DNA of 64,000 bases. Origin: Octopus vulgaris. Its lineage: Eukaryota. Both the position numbers and the translations under genes were made by a program. Position 1 is the first letter of the stretch, and every line of letters starts with the position of its first letter. The notes beneath the pieces were generated by a model, which saw nothing but the letters and a program-made list of their open reading frames with translations, had not been told where the DNA came from and made no database searches. The stretch covers positions 47,678,001 to 47,742,000 of the forward strand of contig OX597827.1 in the NCBI GenBank assembly GCA_951406725.2, written 5' to 3'. Shown here piece after piece: positions 40,214-56,362 of the stretch.

Positions 40214-41894
40214 TTTTAGAGCAAATGTTGTTATACTTAACCACGTAAGAATTATTCATGCAGCCTCCATATTTCCTGCTGCATTTCCTATATTCTTTGC
40301 GTCAAATTCCTGCGCTCTGTCCCGTAGTCGCTTAATTTGGTGGCATGGCCGGCTGCATAGGACTTTTACATTTCCATCGAAATCATTTTGTGATCAGGTA
40401 GAACTTGTGTAATCATACACCAGTGATCCTGTTCACTTACTTTGCGTTTTCTTCCTGTCTTCCTTCCAGCATTCACTGTACTACATTCTCTGACAAAATT
40501 TACTCATACCTCACGATTTATTTGATGAAATGAACTTCGCATCGACGGACCGATACAGAAGCATTCTACTTGTCGTTTGGGGGCGACTCTATTGGAGGAA
40601 GGGAGTCAATCTCAAGTAATCAACAATCCATTGTAAAGGGACATTTTTAATCTATTTTATGCAGTTGACTGTCGAAAGTCTGTCACTTAACAAAAATATA
40701 TAAATAAATATTTAAAGCATAATTTATGCTCTTAGAATAAGAGTTTATCTACTATTTAACAGATGTATAATTACAATTATGACATAGAGGTCTTAAAATC
40801 ATTAATTTCAGCCATGTTACAGTTTCATTTACCCAAGACATCCTTTTATTCCTAGTTTATTTGTAGGAAGGACGCGGAAACTTTCATGCTTGACAAGGTT
40901 CGCGTTGAGTTTGAATTACTGTAAGTCCACATTAGATATGAGTTAACATATGTACAGATTGAAAACTGGCACTCTGATTAAAAGCCAAGGCGTTTGAAGT
41001 AAACTAATATTCTTTTACCATATTCGAAGTTGTCGAATCTGAAAAGAGTTTTGATAAAAGAAACTGTCTTTCCTTAGCTCATACTTGTACAATTACTGAT
41101 ATGTGCAATTTGTACGAATTGAATATTTCTGAATATAATTTATTAATATTATTATGAGGTTCTTCAAGAACTTGTGGCCTTAATTACTCTTTATCTGTGT
41201 TGTTGAGTGCACTCGATAATTTCAAGAGATTTTCAAACTTTTTTCGGGGTGATGGTTGGCGGTTTGAAGTGTCTCTCTTCTCATTTTTGTTCAGTCATGA
41301 TTTTTCCAGTTGTTCTTCAAGTTGTCTACGATTCAAATTTCTTATTATGGCAAATTAAATTGTTGTTCATATCTTGGCAGTAATGGTGGAGTTAGTAGCT
41401 TTAACGGATCTTAAACACACATAATTTTCAACTACTCAGAGAATAGTTGTACAGGATGAAGAGAACTACAATAGCTCAAACTAATATGCTTAAGAAGAAT
41501 AAGCTACAAACATAATTATACGTCTATTAAATAATACGGAAATTTTCAATAAATAACTTGAAGTATTCTATTAAGCTTGTTCAAGGGCCATACTTAAAAC
41601 ATTTCTATCACCGCAGCGTAAAGTAGATTCACAAATACAAATTATCTATATACTCCTATATTCACAGAAAAGAACGTATCTTAAAAAAAAACTACAAATT
41701 AAGTGACAGAGTGTTTAAACTAAAAAGAGCGACAGCTGTTTTTACACTTATGGAATGTGTTCGAATACATAGACAAACGATGCGTATGAAACACATATGT
41801 GCACAGATGTTACATATGAACACTTATGCAATTATATATGTTCTCGCCCTAAGTCAATTTCAGAGCATATTCACATAACAAAATATATTCTACA

Positions 41895-42273
41895 ACTTAT
41901 TTTCGGGTCTTTTTCTGCTACGGTAAACAAAAACGCATACGTACGTACAACACCGATTGTCAAGCGACGGTGTGAGAAAAAGAAATACATAAAGACAGAC
42001 ATACACACACACACGCGCGCGCACACTCACACACGCACACTCACTCACTCACACTCACACAAACACGCACACGCACACCCGCCAAACACATAAACACACA
42101 GGCATATATATATGACAAGCTTCTTTCGGTTTCTATTTACCAAATGCACTCACAAGGGTTTGATCGATGTGCAGCTGTAGTAGAGGACACGCCAATGTGC
42201 CACGCAAATACCGAACCTGAAGTCATACTGTTGGGGAACAAGCACATTACTTAATATACAGCCAAACCTCGCA
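41895..42273 (-). mobile_element. Old diverged SINE family 1 relative
   Basis: gcttctttcggtttctatttaccaaatgcactcacaagg...gtgccacgc. Confidence 0.65.
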
Positions 42274-42349
42274 TACATACATGCATACATACATACATAC
42301 ATACATATATAAGTATATATCTATATCTATATATCTATATATATCTATA

Positions 42350-42405
<56 letters not shown>

Positions 42406-42462
42406 TATATATGAATGTATGTGTATCTGTATGTGTGTATGTATGTATGTACATATATATAT

Positions 42463-42841
<379 letters not shown>

Positions 42842-43980
42842 TATACATATACATATCTATTTGATTTCATCCGTATTATATGTGTATGGGTGTGTCTATG
42901 TATATACCAATATATGCATACATACACGACTATTAAGTATGGTTGTTCCTTCACACAAAACAGGGTGGCTGACACCAATGTAGATTTTATTTGATATAAG
43001 TCAGAGGACAGAACTATTATTGCAAGCACACGAGAAAGTCAAGAAAGTAAGCAACAGATAAATACCAATGCACCGTTACATTCCCTCGTATATTTAATTT
43101 ACGCCAAATATTTATGTTTGCGTATGGATGCTTGCTTGCGTGTATATGTGCATGTACAAATCCATACACAAACACATGCACAACACATAGATGTATGAAG
43201 AGAAAAGCAGAAGGAAGAGGAGAAATTGAAAGGTAGAATACTTTAGCGTATAGTATTTCAGAATAATCTATTTATACATATTATTCTATTACGCATTCCA
43301 TCATCCACTCATTCCACTTAAGTTTTCACGTCAATCTGGTTAAAAACTATTTATCTATCCGCATACGTTCGATCATTCACATCGATATTTGATAATCTCT
43401 GATCCAGTAATTCCATATGGAATATGTATGTTGACAGATCACGTCATTTATCATTAGCGAGGTTTTTCTTCGGGCCAATTAAGTGATATCACATATACAT
43501 CAAGCGATTACGATATGCCAATAAAAATTTGTCTTCCGTTTATAAAATGAAAAACAAGAAATCAAAAAAAAAAAAAAACAGAAACAAAACATAAAAATGA
43601 AACATTGGAAAAATCATCGTATAACTTTCATTCTCTTGAAAGCCTGGTATGAAAGATGAAAGCTTAACTAGTTTAGACATTGCACGCTATAATATACACA
43701 GGCAATTGATCCTTCGTAGTAATATCTTGCTAGAAGAGACCAGCTCTCATAATTAAAAGCGGATTGGTTTATATATGCAGGTACACACACTCTCGCTCTC
43801 TCACACACACAATGTACACACACACACACTCCCACCCACACAGCACAATCAGAAGTACAGAAACATCTCTATACGCTCACTCATGCGTCCACAGAGCGAC
43901 GCACTTCTTTACATATATGTATGCATGTCTGTTTATATAGATTTTTACATGTTTGCGTGATCTAACATATTTATGTAGAC

Positions 43981-44078
<98 letters not shown>

Positions 44079-44134
44079 GAATACACACACATATATATAT
44101 ACAAACATACATACATACATACATACGTACATAT

Positions 44135-44180
<46 letters not shown>

Positions 44181-44479
44181 GTAATACATTGAAATAGCTA
44201 TTTTAATATTGAGTCACTTGTGTAAACCAAATTCTTATTCCTCCGCGGAGGCTAATCGCAATATCAGTGAACATAGTTTTCACTATCAGCATATATGTGT
44301 GTATATACATATATATATATATTATAAATGTCACACACATATGTGTGTTGCTTAGATACCAGAAGTTGCAGTTTGTCGCATCAGTGAAAGCCCTTTAACA
44401 TCGTTACATGTTGCGTTGAATTTTGCTGAAGTCTTATAATATATTTGCCTTAATCGTCATGTTACAAATAAAAGTACCC

Positions 44480-44780
44480 TAACATTCAAAGTAGCGGTGT
44501 TGCACCACCTGAAGCCACTTTTCTTCCAGTTCTTCGATCCCACGTTGATAACAGTTCTTGTCCTTTAAGGAAGGTTCCGCTTCCCTTTCGGTGATGAAGC
44601 GTCAAATCATGAATTTGAGCACATAATAATCTGAGGGAGCTAGGTCCGAACTTTCTGCTGGATTCGGCAAAAGTTAGGATCACTCGAGTTTCAAAACATT
44701 TTTTCGACGGTTCGAGCGGTATGAGGTTTTGCATTGCTGCAAGAGATCTCGTTTTCTCTTAGCCAGAAGATGTCACCTCA
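44480..44780 (-). pseudogene. Mariner DD34D transposase C-terminal relic
   Basis: LPNPAESSDLAPSDYYVLKFM ... KDKNCYQRGIEELEEKWLQVVQHRYFE. Confidence 0.8.
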
Positions 44781-44903
44781 GACAGTACAACATGATGGTA
44801 TCTACCTTGAATGCTAGCTAGACAGATTTGATTGTGCCGTGACGAATAAAGCAAGTTAACAAAATATTGAAAAACTTTTGACACAATCCAGTATCATAGA
44901 GAT

Positions 44904-45303
44904 AGGCGCATGAGTGGCTATGTGGTAAGTAGCTTGCTTACCAACCACATGATTCCGGGTTCAGTCCCACAGCGTGGCACCTTGGGCAAGTGTTTTCTAC
45001 TATAGCCTTGGGCCGACCAAAGCCTTGTGAGTGGATTTGGTAGACGGAAACTGAAAGAAGCCCGTCGTATATATGTGTGTGTGTGTTTGTGTATCTGTGT
45101 TTGTCCCCCCAACATCGATTGACAACCGTTGCTGATGTGTGTTTACGTCCCCGTAACTTAGCAGTTTGGCAAAAGAGAACGATAGTCTATGTACTGGGCT
45201 TACAAAGAATAAGTCTTGGGGTCGATCTGCTCGACTAAAAGGTGGTGCTCCAGCATGACCGCAGTCAAATGACTGAAACAAGTATAAAGAGTAAAAGAGT
45301 AAA
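44904..45303 (+). mobile_element. SINE family 1
   Basis: Full head aggcgcatgagtggctatgtggtaag through tail. Confidence 0.9.
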
Positions 45304-45965
45304 GGAATAATGTATTTCAGAGCTAGGCGAAACGAAATCGCGCCAGAAGTAATCACAACAGTAACAGATATTATCCGAGTATTATGAAGTTATTTCAACT
45401 GATCAATATCGCTTACTCATGTCACTTCGGAGAAAAAATCGAAATCGCTTATCTGAAGTATATATTCAGACAGTATACGACATATATTAAGATTTGCAAT
45501 GGCATCGCAAATTCAGAAGAAATTTGAATTATATAATAGAACCAGTTTTGTAATTAAAACATCACGACTTTCGCACATTTAACATATGTGTGCTGCTTAA
45601 ACGTCAGGAGATACGGTCGCATATCGTGACTATTCCTGGGGTGAATATATTTCCTTTCTCCTGGCTCTCCAAGTGGCGATGCAGTTGTATTAGAAAGTTA
45701 GGATGGAGGGAAGTGTTGGCTGTGTAGATACAATCATAAGATGTTGCTTTTCCTGGCGGTTGACATAAATACTGAGGAAATGTATGTGCTAGTGCAGTGT
45801 ATGTGGGCGTATTGAGTTCACCCGTGTAGGAGTATAGTAGTTTGTTATTTTAATGTGAAGGAGGCATTGCCATGTGTGAGGTGATTGCGAGTGAGGGGAG
45901 AATGATGGTAGTAAATAATAAGGGATATCAAGAAGCACTGAGGAAAAATTCTGTGTGTATGTATG

Positions 45966-46007
<42 letters not shown>

Positions 46008-46173
46008 CTTGCAATGTAGGCTCGGTTGATTTCTGTTTTCATTTTTCATACACCCTTTTTTATTAAAATTTCTTTTCAATTTAGCATTCCGCCTTATTAT
46101 TTTTTTCCTCTCCTATCATTTCTCCAAGTGCGGTTAACACAACCCAACCATTTACTGACTTATATATATATAT

Positions 46174-46314
46174 AGGCGTAGGAGTGGCTGTGTGGTAAGT
46201 AGCTTGCTTACGAACCACATGTTGGCACCTTGGGCAAGTACCTTCTACTATAGCCTCGGACCGACCAAAGCCTTGTGAGTGGATTTGGTAGACGGAAACT
46301 GAAAGAAGCCCATC

Positions 46315-46408
<94 letters not shown>

Positions 46409-46614
46409 TTCTGTGTCTGTGTGTGTCCCGCCAACATCACTTGACAACCGTTGCTGGTGTGTTTACGTACCGCAACATAGCGGTTCGGCAAAATAGACCG
46501 ATAGAATAAGTACTAGGCTTACAAAGAATAAGTCCTGGAGTCGATTAAAAAGGCGATGCTCCAGCATGGCCACAGTCAAATCACTGAAACAAATAAAAGA
46601 CCAAAGACTAAAGA

Positions 46615-46615
<1 letters not shown>
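46174..46615 (+). mobile_element. SINE family 1 (B-box region deleted)
   Basis: Homology to the other copies; lacks ccgggttcagtcccactgc. Confidence 0.88.
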
Positions 46616-46701
<86 letters not shown>

Positions 46702-47092
46702 CATACATACACGTGTGTGTAGGCTTATGTATGCATACGCGTGACATACCAAACAGATGGCTATGATCCATATGATAATTGCGTCAGCAATACGTTAAGA
46801 CATCTATCACCACACAAGATATGGCGTGGGTAAACGGAACCGTCTTAAAGAAAATTACGTATATAGTTTTTGAATAAATGCATATGCATACATTAGCATA
46901 CACACGCACACATGCACAAATGCACGCATACGCATATACATGTTTCTTGAAACTTTCACTCAATTCCGCATGACTTAACGTTTCGTGGGTGAACTGGACA
47001 CATCCATTTGATCTGATGTTTGGAGACGAGCCATATACATTCACCAAACTGCTGTTTCGTTCTTTATTTTGCGGTTGTTCATTCATTCGAAC

Positions 47093-47094
<2 letters not shown>

Positions 47095-47123
<29 letters not shown>

Positions 47124-47450
47124 TATATGCATATATATATACATATACATACATATATCCGTATGTATATATCTATATATATATATATTTGTATATATGT
47201 GTGTATTTATATATACATATATATATGCATACATATATACACATATACATACGTACATACATTCGTACCTACCTACCTACCTTCCTACATTCATACATAC
47301 ATACATACATACTTACATACATACATACATACATACATATATACATACATACATACATACATACATACATACATACATACATACATACATACATACATAC
47401 ATACATACATACATACATACATACATACATACATACATACATACATACAT
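47095..47450. repeat. (TATG)n/(TACA)n compound array
   Basis: Direct inspection. Confidence 0.95.
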
Positions 47451-48130
47451 TGATCCGACTTAGAGAAACGTTATCTTCTGATGACAAGTAGCGCGTACCA
47501 TTTTATTATTTTATGCATTTCAAACACACCGAAATTCTCATTTCTAATTTTATAGTTAATGGCCTTAAGATTGTTTCTCCATTTATTTCGACTTTTACAT
47601 GCAAAATATTAACGGGAAATTTAAATTTAAACTCTGTGACTAATACGTGTGAGTATGCTGTCTATAATATTTTGTATCAAGCAGATTTTGCCGGAAGCTA
47701 CAACTAGCATGTTGACTTGCCTCTTGTACACCGATACTTGATCGAATCTCAAATATTAAGTTTCGATGTTAAAATATTTCTAATTTCAATTTCTATTGTC
47801 ATTTTTATCAATTTATCAATTCCGAAATATTTCTGTTTTTAAATTTTTTAATTTAGCACAATCGATTCTCTATTATATACATTAAAATTTGTATCATTGA
47901 GCCAAGTTCCCATGTGCTGTGTGTTCAAATATCAACAGTCGTTAATCTTTCCGGCTGCTTTTTAATTAACCACTTCAGGTAATTTAATCTATTTTTCTGT
48001 CCCCCGAAAATTATCAGTGAATTGCAAAATATATATACATATACATACACATCTGTGTGTGAGTGTGTTTCTGTGTGCGCGCGCGAAAATATGTGGCATA
48101 TTTCAGAATATAACTCACGGATGCGCTGTG

Positions 48131-48216
48131 CTGCAGCGTTAGCGGTGTTTCGGAAGTCTCAACTAGTTACAAGGCTTTCAAATTCAGACTCCATTCTTCA
48201 GTTTACCTAGCTGTAG
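48131..48216 (-). ncRNA. Degenerate long-stem-II hammerhead-like motif
   Basis: Minus strand reads ctacagc..CTGAAGA-at-ggagtct...agacttcc-GAAA-caccg...gctgcag; cleavage-site region appears deleted. Confidence 0.4.
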
Positions 48217-48238
48217 TTATACATATATATATATATAT

Positions 48239-48470
48239 AGTACGAGATATACAACACAAGGAACATTCCCCTTCTTCATATATATATATATATATGAAGA
48301 AGGGGAATGTTCCTTGTGTTGTATGTCTTGTACTCTGTTTTTTCGTTGTTAAAAAAAGTCCGTTTCCCTGTTTTGCTCTTATGTTTTCGTTTCTCGTGTT
48401 CTACGTCTTTTTGTGGTGACCTGTACACACATATGCATGTATATATACATATAGATGTAGGTATTTACAT
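48239..48470. mobile_element. Palindromic PLE-like end with a (TA)n centre
   Basis: Near-perfect palindrome 48239-48334; the right side continues into sequence homologous (reverse complement) to 58465-58650. Confidence 0.65.
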
Positions 48471-48514
48471 ATATGTATGCATGTATGCATACGTTTTATT
48501 TATTAAATTGTTAT

Positions 48515-48546
<32 letters not shown>

Positions 48547-48699
48547 AGGAGAGAGTGTGTGTCTTTAAGTGCGCAGGATATCTATCCACATGCATTTATA
48601 CACCTATCTATTTTTACAAACACAAGTAAATATATGTGATATTTCTGGAAATTATCGTACTCTGTGTATCACTGCTTAATTTCTGTTGCGTAAGATGTC

Positions 48700-48862
48700 A
48701 AGTTCAAATATTTCTAACGTTCTGAGTGCAAATTCCGCCAAGTTTGACTTTGCCTTTCATCCTTGGAGGTCGATAAAATAAGTACCAGTGAAACACTGGG
48801 GTCGATGTAATCGACATAACACCTCCTCCAAATTTCAGGCCTTCTGCTTGTAGTAAAAAGGG

Positions 48863-48865
<3 letters not shown>
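48700..48865 (+). mobile_element. SINE family 2 followed by (TTA)n
   Basis: acgttctgagtgcaaattccgcc...gactttgcctttcatcctt..ggtcgataaaataagtaccag. Confidence 0.75.
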
Positions 48866-48919
<54 letters not shown>

Positions 48920-49469
48920 GAGTGAGAGAGTAATGCATTCCATCGAAGTGACACCCAGGTAAAATATACGAAACACAGTATACCCAAAATCACTACCCGT
49001 CTAATAAGAGTATACCAGGTACATGCATCACAACCACATGTGCGCAACATAGTGATCTCATATCATGATAAACAGCGTATAACGTTGCATGTGGGGTGCA
49101 GTTGGACTTTTCTTCAGGTAGAGTGGCGTATCCTGTTCAAACGATTCCTGAATAAGGGTTGTTTAAGGATGTTGAACGAAAAACCCATGTTCCAGAGGTG
49201 AATTATTCAAACCCGAAAGAATTCCACAATACATGGCTATGATGCTCCCCCACTTTTTACTCGTGATCAGAGATACACTTATCATCAACCATCAAGAGAC
49301 ATACTCAACTGGTTAATGTCAAAGATCTGACAACCAAGTTCGTAGTGCTGAGCAGAATATTTGCTATAACCCAACTTTTATACCAAGACAAAACAATCAG
49401 TTACAGATCAGAAGCCATGAGAGCCACGGCCTGGTGCTGCATCAGCGCATAACCATTGCCTGCTACTGC

Positions 49470-50220
49470 ATCATGGCGGCTCTCAGTGACTTGGGTATGT
49501 GCTGTGATTTGTTTTCACTGTGGTCTTATTTTCCCTGTATTGAACGTGCTTTACGTAGGATGTGCGCGGTGCCTAGTGTTGTTATTTTCTGTATATTATA
49601 TACATTCCTAAGACCTGGTCTTTAAGTTATGTATTTGTCTCTAAGCTTTTTAATCATACCTAATACACTTATTGTTATAGAGATTGCTCCACATTCGGGT
49701 TACCTCTACTACCAATATTTTGAATTTTCTCCGTTACATTTAGAGATACATTGTCATCTTTTAGTATCCATAAATCGATTTGAAAGCATTTTTTTTTAGT
49801 AATCTCTGATAACTATATCCGGCGTGTTGGCCTTGATTTCTCTATCTGTATTTATTGGCATATCGCAGAGTATAGTTGCTTTTCCATTATCTGAATCTTT
49901 TGCTGGGATGTGCCTATGCCATATTTTTTCTTTTGTTATTCCATAGTGTAGGCATAGCTTCCAGTGTATATAGGTCAGATGTAGATATATTCCTTCTTAT
50001 TCAACACTGGGCAACCAGAGACAATATGATTTATTTTTCCTTCCCCATCATCACATATTCTGTTGTTACTTGTATTAATCTTCGTTATATGATTATAGTG
50101 ATTTCTAGTGGAAAGCCTTTGATCTTGTGCTGCAATCAAAAATCCTTCAGACACTGCTCTGAGTCCTGAGCTTCTCAGCCATTGTTGAGACTTTAGTTTA
50201 TCTATTCTTTTCTCTTCAGT
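49470..50220 (-). pseudogene. R4/Dong-like non-LTR retrotransposon fragment (RLE C-terminal region)
   Basis: QWLRSSGLRAVSEGFLIAAQDQ and ILCDMPINTDREIKANTPDIVI (RPD motif region). Confidence 0.75.
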
Positions 50221-50276
<56 letters not shown>

Positions 50277-50290
50277 TAATAATAATAATG

Positions 50291-50339
<49 letters not shown>

Positions 50340-50361
50340 TAATAATAATAATAATAATAAA

Positions 50362-50660
50362 GATCTGGAAATAGCGGTAACTCGAATGTGGAGTCCAAAA
50401 AGAGAAACAATTCCTATCATAGTGGGCGCATTAGGTATGATAAAAGAATATTCAGACAAATACATAACAAAAAAACCAGGACCAACAAGCATATGTAACA
50501 TACAGAAAATAGGACTCTAAGCACTGCACGCATCCCACATAAAACAGTTTCAATACAGAAACAATAAGAGCATCACAACAAACTACAGCATACACCCAGG
50601 GCATACAGAGCTGCGCTCATTAATGCAGTGAAAGCACGTCATAGAAATAAGACTACTGAA
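50362..50660 (+). mobile_element. R4/Dong-like 3' end inserted in (TAA)n
   Basis: DLEIAVTRMWSPKRETIPIIVGALGMIKEYSDKYITK..NIQKI followed by 3' UTR; (TAA)n on both sides. Confidence 0.85.
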
Positions 50661-50721
50661 TAATAATAATAAAATTGATGATGATAATAACAATAATAAT
50701 AATAATAATAATAACAACAAC

Positions 50722-50847
<126 letters not shown>

Positions 50848-50898
50848 CCTTTCTCCTATAGGAACAATGCCTGAAATTTTAGGGTAGGGAACTAGTCA

Positions 50899-50964
<66 letters not shown>

Positions 50965-52678
50965 TCTATTATTATTATTATTTGTAGTTCCTTCACACCG
51001 GGTGCACTAGAAAGAAACTAACCACCGCAAGCAGCTGCAAAAGTTCTGAAGAATTACCGAGAGCATTGGTAGCTCATACTTGCGTGTTGGTTACCAATAG
51101 TTTATTGATGTGTGCTTCAACCGTGGTAGAACTTCTAACATACCGATGATACTCTCGCTTCTATCACTACAATTTTAGAATGGCATTTAAAAAGAACACA
51201 AGAGTTAGAGGACATAAATACAAAAGGAATAATAGAAAAATGATAGTGGAACGAATTTGAAATGAATGAATTACGTTTGTTCTTCACTAAAAATCTATAT
51301 CTTTTCATTTTTTTTTCCTAGGGAACCGGAACAAATTTGCTGAAAATTGAATTATTTACTGGAAAAAACATTATTCTCTTTACGTGATTATCTCCGTATT
51401 TTCCCATCAAATTATTTGCTAATATTATATATTCTAATAGTGAAATCAAACAAAAGTAATTATATTGCATATGGGTAATGTATTAATATCGTAAAAAATA
51501 ATAAATTCGGAAAACAATACAAAACCAAATGAAAAGAATTGACGGGAAATTATATAACCACTTTGAAGTCTTGTGGCTTCGTGCTTCCATAACTTTATCA
51601 AAGTATTTAGTAGAGTTTGAAATTTGTTTAAATATTTTGAATCGAAATCTATTAACATATTGTGGCACATGCGATAAAAATATATCCTTTTGACTTCTGT
51701 TATCTTTAGAAATTATATACACCCTGTAATTAGTAGCAAATGCTCCCTTTGTTTCGGGTAGCCTTTCAAGATGATAAGTTCCTTGAGTTTACAACTTCGA
51801 CATTAATATCCTACGAAGTATGCAACAAGATCAAAATGAGTCGAATTTCAAATCTCTCATGAACGATCAGACGTAAAATAAACAATTTATGTGTGTATAT
51901 ATACACCTATATATTCACATATACATATATATATATATATATATGCTTGTATGTATGTAAACATGTATGTATGCCATCATGCATACATGCATGTATGCAT
52001 GATGTACGCATATAAATATATAGGTATAAAGTATAATAACTATACATACATATGTGTTGCACGCACACACAGGGACGTAAATGACATTTCAAGACGACGC
52101 CATATTTTACACACTGGACAAGGCGAAAGCTTTGTCTTCGTATGGGCTACTGAATAATGTATATTCAATATTTTCTCTTAATTCATATAATACTTGTTGT
52201 CTTCGCTAACAATTTTCCGTAAAATGATTGAAGAAATTCCCTGTGAACTTATTCTTACTTTCATAAATTTATGCTGCTACAAACAAAGGTAATATTAAAA
52301 TATGTATTATATGCACTGAATACTGAATATATGCTATACTTTTGATAAAAGTTCCTTATAAAGAGAAGTTAGATATTCATCATGCGAATGTAGATTTGAA
52401 AAAATGCGCACACACATGCACACATACACACACACATTTACACGCACATACACATACACACATATATATATACTTATGGTGTGTGTGTGACTGTTCACGC
52501 GTATGTACATATATCAAATATATGTATATATATATAATTTTTTTTTTTTTGATATATGGATATATGTTTATTATATAAATATTATATATGTATTTGCATG
52601 CTATATACACATATATGTGTACATACATGAATCACATACATATGTATATATTTATATTCACATCCATATACATACACA

Positions 52679-52723
<45 letters not shown>

Positions 52724-53015
52724 GTATATTCCGATTAGAAGCGCTATGTATTGATGGTTCATAAGTAGGAACTGGTTATCAGTTCAAATATACTTTGGGG
52801 ATATTCGAACCCGCAAGGAAACCATTTATTCTATTTCGTCATGGAGAGTATTTTTCGCTGAAGAGAAAGAGGCGTAAACTCACCAAATCAGTTCGAAGCT
52901 CTCTCTAACCGGAGTTTCCAGTGAATGAATATTGGATTAATTATCTCCTCTTCGACATCATATACCGAAAAGATAGTGGTGCTTACGACGAGATAGATTA
53001 ATATCTGTTTTTATA

Positions 53016-53056
<41 letters not shown>

Positions 53057-54554
53057 GCATGCACCCATATGCACACATACACTCACAAACACACACACAA
53101 TAGTACGTGCACACACAAGCACATGCTCACACACACTTATGCAGACTCACAAATATATGTAAGAGTAAATATGCGTTGAAAAGCATACCAATATGGAAAC
53201 AGTTAGTTCAAAAAGTATTAAGAATTTACCAAAACGTGGCATGTGGCTAGAATTTTATCGCATAGAATTTAAATAAATATATTTCCAATATGTCTTTACC
53301 TACTAGACGGACTTGAAACTTGAATGTAGATATTTGTTGCAAAGTATTTTCGACCGTTACTGTATGTTGTATATCACTGCAAGACATCTATTGAAAGAAC
53401 ACTGATAAGGACATCTAGTTTGTTTTCATAGACATATTCCATTTCAATTTGCTGCTAGGATGAACTCAAAGAATTTCAGATGTAACAAGAAAAGGTATTC
53501 TTGATTATAAATTTGTATTACAAACTTGTAAAACATAATAGTGCTTTAGTTGCATGTAATTCTTGAAATTAGCCATTTATTACCTCTGTCAAACGTCTCC
53601 TTGCAATTCATATACACGAAACTAACAGCAGTTGACATGTGTAAGTAGTTTTCTTCATTTATAATCTTTGTGATTTAGATAATAAAGATATAACTTTCAT
53701 ATTATAATGTTTCTATTTGATTAATCTGTCATTTAGGTATATACATGCATAAAATATGCGTGTATCTATATATGCAAGAAGTATCTATACTAGCATATAT
53801 ATGTATTTTCGTCTATGTATCTGTGTGCGATATCAATATTAAGTCGCAAAAACTCTCCATATTAAATATTAAAGAATATTAATATTAAAGAATGGGAAAT
53901 GAAAAATGGAAGAGGTTGAGTTACCAAAGGCGGGAGAAAAAGAAGGGAACAGAAAGTTGGTGAGCAAACAAGATTGATGGGGATGGGAGAGGCAGGCGAG
54001 GGAGAAAGGGAGACTAAAAGGTGTTGGGGAACAGGTTTGAATGAAAGGAGAGTAATGGCATAGTAAAAATATTTGACAGAACGTTGTGATTAAAAATCAC
54101 CTTTAATATTGTGAGTGTAACGTTATGATGGCTAACGACAATGATATTAAAATTCGAGCTGCCTTTCCGGAGGAAATATTCAAGTGTGCAAGAAGCTAGT
54201 ATGAGGAGCACTTGGCGAGTTAATATCCAGAATAAGGACACGGCATAACAAACATATTTCACTTGAAACCAAAATAGTCATATGATAAGAACTATTGTAC
54301 TTTCAGTAAATATAAAACAAACACGCAAAAGTCTAGTAGTGGTAGTAGTGGACTCTTTTCTCAGAACCAATAATATAAGGGAGCGCCAACCGACTATCAC
54401 CTGGTGTCCAGCGAGGGAAGGAGGGACGCAAACACAAACACACGCACAGAAATACGCACAGGCAGAGAAATACACATACGCACACGTACGCAAACATGTA
54501 TATCAACATATACATATATATGTGCATATGTATATATATATATATATATACCTG

Positions 54555-54621
<67 letters not shown>

Positions 54622-54695
54622 ATCTATCTATCTAGAGAGATAGATAGATAGATAGATAGATATATATATAGATAGATACATATCTGACACATAGT

Positions 54696-54751
<56 letters not shown>

Positions 54752-54845
54752 AAGAAAAATAAATTGATAGAAACGTACGTATATATAGAGGCATATATAG
54801 ATGCGTACATATATGTACGGGCATATACACATGCATTTATAAAAA

Positions 54846-54887
<42 letters not shown>

Positions 54888-54900
54888 TATTTAGGTGTGT

Positions 54901-54932
<32 letters not shown>

Positions 54933-55439
54933 ACATTTATACACACACGGACACACGAACGCACATGCAGGTACTTGATAGCATTTCTCTCACCCCTACC
55001 TTACAATGTTTAATATGAATATACTGAAGTGATTACTCGACCGCGAGCAATAAGTTGGAAAAATTTACCAACAAATGAACACAGGACTTAACACAGAGTT
55101 CTGAGTATTTAATAACATAATGTTTTCTATGTGTTTATATATATGTGTGTATGTGTATGTGTGTGTATATATGTGTGTGTGTGTGTACAAGAGGGCACTT
55201 CATGAGTACCTGCATCGCTAAAAGTAGAAGTCAAAAATACTTCTGTGCCGCTGTGTGTGTGTATACAATAGGTTTCTTTCAGTGTCCGTCGACGCTATTA
55301 CCTCACTAATCTTGTATTGGCTCGGGGGTATAGAAAAACACAGATTCCCAATTTGCCAGGAAGGGATATATACGACTGTTGCGAAGTTTAGATGGAAAAC
55401 AGTTATTTTTCAAATGAGTCGTAAATATTTTCAAACACT

Positions 55440-55586
55440 CGTAAGAGTGGCTGTTTGGTAAGTAGTTTGTTTACCAGCCACATGGTTCCGGGCTCAGTCC
55501 CATTGCGTGGCACCTTGGGCAAGTGTCTTTTACTATAGCCTCGGGCGACAAAAGCCTCGTGTGTGGAAACTGAAAGAAGCCCGTCG

Positions 55587-55620
<34 letters not shown>

Positions 55621-55866
55621 TGTATGTATATATATATATATATGTGTGTATGTGTGTGTGTGCATATGTTTGTGTGTCTGTGTGTGTCCGCCCAACATCG
55701 TTTGACAACCGATGCTGGTGTGTTTACGTCCCCGTAAGTTAGCGGTTCGGCAAAAGAGACCGATACAATAAGTACTAGGCTTACAAAGTATAAGTCCTGG
55801 GGTCGATTTGCTCCACAAAAGGTGGTGCTCCAGCATGGCTACAGTCAAATTACTGAAACAAAGAGT
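55440..55866 (+). mobile_element. SINE family 1
   Basis: Homology to the other copies. Confidence 0.9.
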
Positions 55867-56284
55867 AGACCCATACTTATCTGGTATTTACGTTAATCGA
55901 ATTCAGGGATGGGACAAATTGCATAATCGACCTCGGTGTCATTTGAACTCAGAATTTGAAAAGCTGGTGCAAAAACCATAAGAAACATTTCAGCTACTCA
56001 AGTGATTCAGCCAGATTTTTATTGTATAATGGATGATGAAACTTAATAGTATGCTGCATGTAAGATATTTATGGAATTTTTCAGTGTCTGAAAACATGTT
56101 TATTGTTTACCAGATATTAATATATTTGAAGAAACTTCTGGCGGCTTTGAAAAAAACATATCAAATCACTACGTAAAAAACTAATATATATATGTGCGTA
56201 TGTGTGTGAGAGTATGCGTATTTATAAATGTTGAGTGTTTTGTGCTGTAGTATGAATGTATAACTTTTTCAATGTTGTATACCT

Positions 56285-56362
<78 letters not shown>

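Noticed and set aside
47455-47490. GAAACGTTA-tctt-CTGATGA (type II HHR order)
   Set aside because: Only 4 nt lie between the cleavage triplet and the core, so no stem I is possible
52855-52915. CTGAAGA-gaa...ttc-GAAG
   Set aside because: GAAG rather than GAAA, and no stem III or stem I
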